NCBI GenBank assembly: GCA_964526475.1
Contig: CAZGKF010000002.1
Span: 66,562 to 130,561, forward strand
Source: an uncultured Bacteroidaceae bacterium
GTDB lineage: Bacteria; Bacteroidota; Bacteroidia; Bacteroidales; GCA-2748055
Length of the DNA stretch: 64,000 bases
Direction: 5' to 3'
Notes under the pieces: model-generated
What the model was told of the DNA's origin: nothing
What the model saw: only the letters and a program-made list of their open reading frames with translations
Database searches by the model: none
Program-made: the position numbers and the translations under genes
Part shown: one piece after another, positions 63,722-64,000 of the stretch
Position numbering within the stretch: the first letter of the stretch is position 1
How the letters are laid out: every line of letters starts with the position of its first letter

Positions 63722-63997
63722 ATGGGAAAAGACACTATTCTAATAACCAACAGCATCCGTAAGTTCCGCTTCTTTGCCGATGAAATGACTCAGCAAGAGT
63801 TGGCGGATCGTACTGGGGTAACCCGCCAAACCATTGTGGCTATCGAGAATGGCAAGTACTTCCCATCGCTGGAGCTGGCATTCCGTATGGCGCATATCTT
63901 TAAAGTTTCATTGTCGGAAGTGTTTACTTATAATCCTGAGGATGATCAAGTTCTTAAGAAAATAAAAGATAAACAAACCAAAGATGAAAAGCGATAG
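63722..63997 (+). CDS. XRE-family helix-turn-helix transcriptional regulator
   Basis: The ATG at 63722 gives [60 protein letters not shown], a classic Cro/C1 HTH. Confidence 0.8.
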   Translation: MGKDTILITNSIRKFRFFADEMTQQELADRTGVTRQTIVAIENGKYFPSLELAFRMAHIFKVSLSEVFTYNPEDDQVLKKIKDKQTKDEKR

Positions 63998-64000
63998 GAT

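Overview
Low-GC, Bacteroidota-type chromosomal segment. Supporting signs are a T9SS type-B sorting-domain protein, a TonB-dependent receptor, GH2 and PL6-like CAZymes, a TAnnTTTG-type promoter box and little Shine-Dalgarno usage. From 1 to about 45 kb the content is mostly housekeeping: parAB, cysEK, ubiE, thyA-folA, tRNA-Lys, tRNA-His, transporters, peptidases, a four-gene overlapping polysaccharide operon (AsnB-like, GT4, methyltransferase, flippase) and lacZ. From about 45.1 to 60.3 kb lies an accessory block that looks more GC-rich by eye (not computed). It is bounded on the left by a truncated IS3 orfA and on the right by a 3' remnant of a second acr3 gene. The block carries an Rrf2 regulator, a porin, a molybdoenzyme operon in ttrB-ttrC-ttrA order, and a Moco-riboswitch-like leader with its own terminator. 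That leader precedes an unusual membrane-domain/THEP1-NTPase fusion, mobA and a TonB-dependent receptor, and is followed by an arsR-arsC-acr3 arsenic cassette. Other items worth a second look: (1) a roughly 330-nt multi-helix candidate ncRNA directly 3' of tRNA-Lys; (2) a long KamA-family radical SAM gene paired with a beta-carbonic-anhydrase-fold gene; (3) a 243-bp element with perfect 16-bp inverted termini that resembles a terminator split by an insertion; (4) a pair of divergent MIP-like and PiT-like membrane proteins after the acr3 remnant. No CRISPR array, rRNA or intact mobile element was seen. All family calls come from motif recognition by eye, with no database search.
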